Source: Hemiscyllium ocellatum (Eukaryota). From it: a stretch of DNA of 64,000 bases. The notes below the pieces were generated by a model. That model searched no databases, was not told where the DNA came from, and was given only the letters and a program-made list of their open reading frames with translations. Below, in pieces: positions 62,140 through 64,000 of the stretch (the first letter of the stretch is position 1; each line of letters begins with the position of its first letter). The DNA is taken from NCBI RefSeq assembly GCF_020745735.1, contig NW_026867487.1:4667239-4731238 (forward strand). Direction: 5' to 3'. Both the position numbers and the translations under genes were made by a program.

Positions 62140-62686
62140 CAAGTTACATGAAGTGTAAGGTCCACCGAGTTCTGTTGGGAAAAAAAAAGATTTGACAATG
62201 AGAAAAACACTCTTTTCGTGTCGAACACAGTGTTGCCTTCTTTCGAAGTTGTGAAATAATTTATGTCTTCGAGTTTATCTTTCCATACCAGGCTTTTCGC
62301 ACAATGTGTGTATGGCACTCCGCTCTCTCATTTAATATATGTCAACGATTCAGCCTGCCCTCTAGTGGCTAAGTCTGGAAATTGTGACGTAAATGTTCTC
62401 ACCAGAATGGAATTCACACGATCTTGTTCAATGAAAACCAAAATATCTGATTCCTCCTGCCGCCCCACACCCCCCCACCCCCAAATATCCTTGCCTGGTT
62501 TACTCGGCACTTTTTATTTCAAATGCAGCACCCAACGATTTCAGGGTATTTTCTTCACGCATTGCAACTGCAACTGTATTCCAGACTTCAATCAGCCTGC
62601 CTAAATTAAGCAAAAGACCTCAACATTAATCGGAACATTTTGTCCTGTGCTTTGAGGCGGCATGTCACCTCAGCGTGATGGAATGT

Positions 62687-62731
<45 letters not shown>
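62687..62731. repeat. (CA)n microsatellite; shorter paralogs at ~43207-43245 and ~23771-23795
   Basis: pure CA run, 6 nt longer than in copy B. Confidence 0.9.
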
Positions 62732-62734
<3 letters not shown>

Positions 62735-64000
62735 GGGTCTGACCAAATAAGGGCCCATTCCTGAAGAAGGGCTTATGCCCGAAATGTCTAATCACCTGTT
62801 CCTTGGATGCTGCCTGACCTGCTGCGCTTTACCAGCAACACATTTTCAGCTCTGCCCAAAACCAGGCAAGTATCTCTGAAATCTCATTCTCTTGGAAGAT
62901 ACTGTCCATTCATTATGCTGGTGCTTCAGAAGCTGAAACTAAATGGTGCGGCCGCACTTGGAGTATTGCGCATAGTTCTGGTCACCACATTAGGAAGGAT
63001 GTGAAAGCTTTGGAAAGAGTTCAGAGGAGATTTATTGTGATATTGCCTGTTATGGATGAGAGGTTTTACGAGGAAAGGCTGAGGGACTTGAGGATGTTTT
63101 CATTGGAGAGAAGAAGGTTGAGAGATGAATTAATCGAGACATAGAAGATAACCAGAGGGTTGGATGGAGAGGTCAGTGAGAGCCTTTTTCCTCAGATGGC
63201 GATGGCTAGCACGACGGGACCTGGCTTTAAACTGAGGAGTGATCGATATAGGACAAATATCAGAGGTAGGTTGTTTACTCAGAGAGTAGAAGAGGCGTGG
63301 AATGCTCTTCCTGCAACAGTAGTAGGCTCTCCAACTTTAAGGGCATTTAAATGGCCATTGGATAGGCATGTGGACGAGAACAGAATAATGTAGGTTAGAC
63401 GGGCTTCAGATCGGTTTCACAGGTTGTCGTAACACCGAGGGCCGAAGGGCCTGTACTGCGCTGGAATGTTCCATGTCCAAAATATGGACAGAAGTGGAGC
63501 AACAGATAGCGTGTGAAATGAAAACGAGCAGGGGACTTGCTAAATTTTAGCATTTTGCTTTTGTGTGTGTGTGCGTGCCTCTGGGTGTGTGTGTGTGTGT
63601 GTGTGTGTCTTTGTATTTATAATTCTGTCTGCGCATCTATTTATGTATGTTGCGGCCTGTGTATATGTGTGCTTTTCTGTGGCTACCAATGTGCATTTCT
63701 GTGTTCATGTGCATGTCTTTTTGTGCGTTTACGTGTGTGTGTCTGTGTTTATCTTTATCTGTTGGTGTTTGTGTGCGTGTGCGGGCACATGTGTGTGAAT
63801 GGATGTGTCCATCTCCTTGTGAAAAGGAAAATATTCTGGCTTGATGTTGAAAATATGACAGTGTCGAAGTTCTCTGCTTGTTGCTGTCCTCTGAATAAGA
63901 TCATATAGTTCCACCATCTGCTCTCGAATCGGACATTTCAAAAACCATCACATTCTCTTAAGAAGGCTCAGATTGGGAATTTTTCAAGGGCTACTTTCTA

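Larger units (their letters stand above)
47927..64000. repeat. near-identical tandem duplication, second copy (runs off the window)
   Basis: see 28447-44512. Confidence 0.97.

Overview
Eukaryotic vertebrate DNA, most likely from a cartilaginous fish (inferred from HE1/V-SINE-type SINEs, dense CR1 and Penelope relics, and the style of the V genes; species not determinable). It appears to be the edge of a T-cell receptor alpha/delta V-gene array. Positions 1-17 kb hold retroelement debris and one C2H2 zinc-finger gene. From about 17.1 kb the sequence is a tandem array of a ~19.48-kb unit carrying four different V segments, two on + and two on -, each followed by a 23-bp-spacer RSS. Region 28.45-44.5 kb is repeated almost exactly at 47.93-64.0 kb (offset 19,480-19,488). 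Region 17.1-28.4 kb is an older, more diverged partial copy. In total I support 10 V segments: 7 with intact canonical frames, 2 open but lacking Cys23/Trp41, and 1 pseudogene. I found no D, J or C segments. The main points of interest are: (i) a V family whose leader appears fused to the V exon with no intron and which resembles TRAV4/TRAV26; (ii) a V with a GC-AG intron lacking both canonical Cys23 and Trp41; (iii) several families of minimal hammerhead-ribozyme motifs in Penelope-derived termini, with covarying stems, including a 98-bp ribozyme-bearing insert that duplicated the start codon of one V gene. Identity values and the boundaries of old repeats were estimated by eye; no alignment or database search was run.
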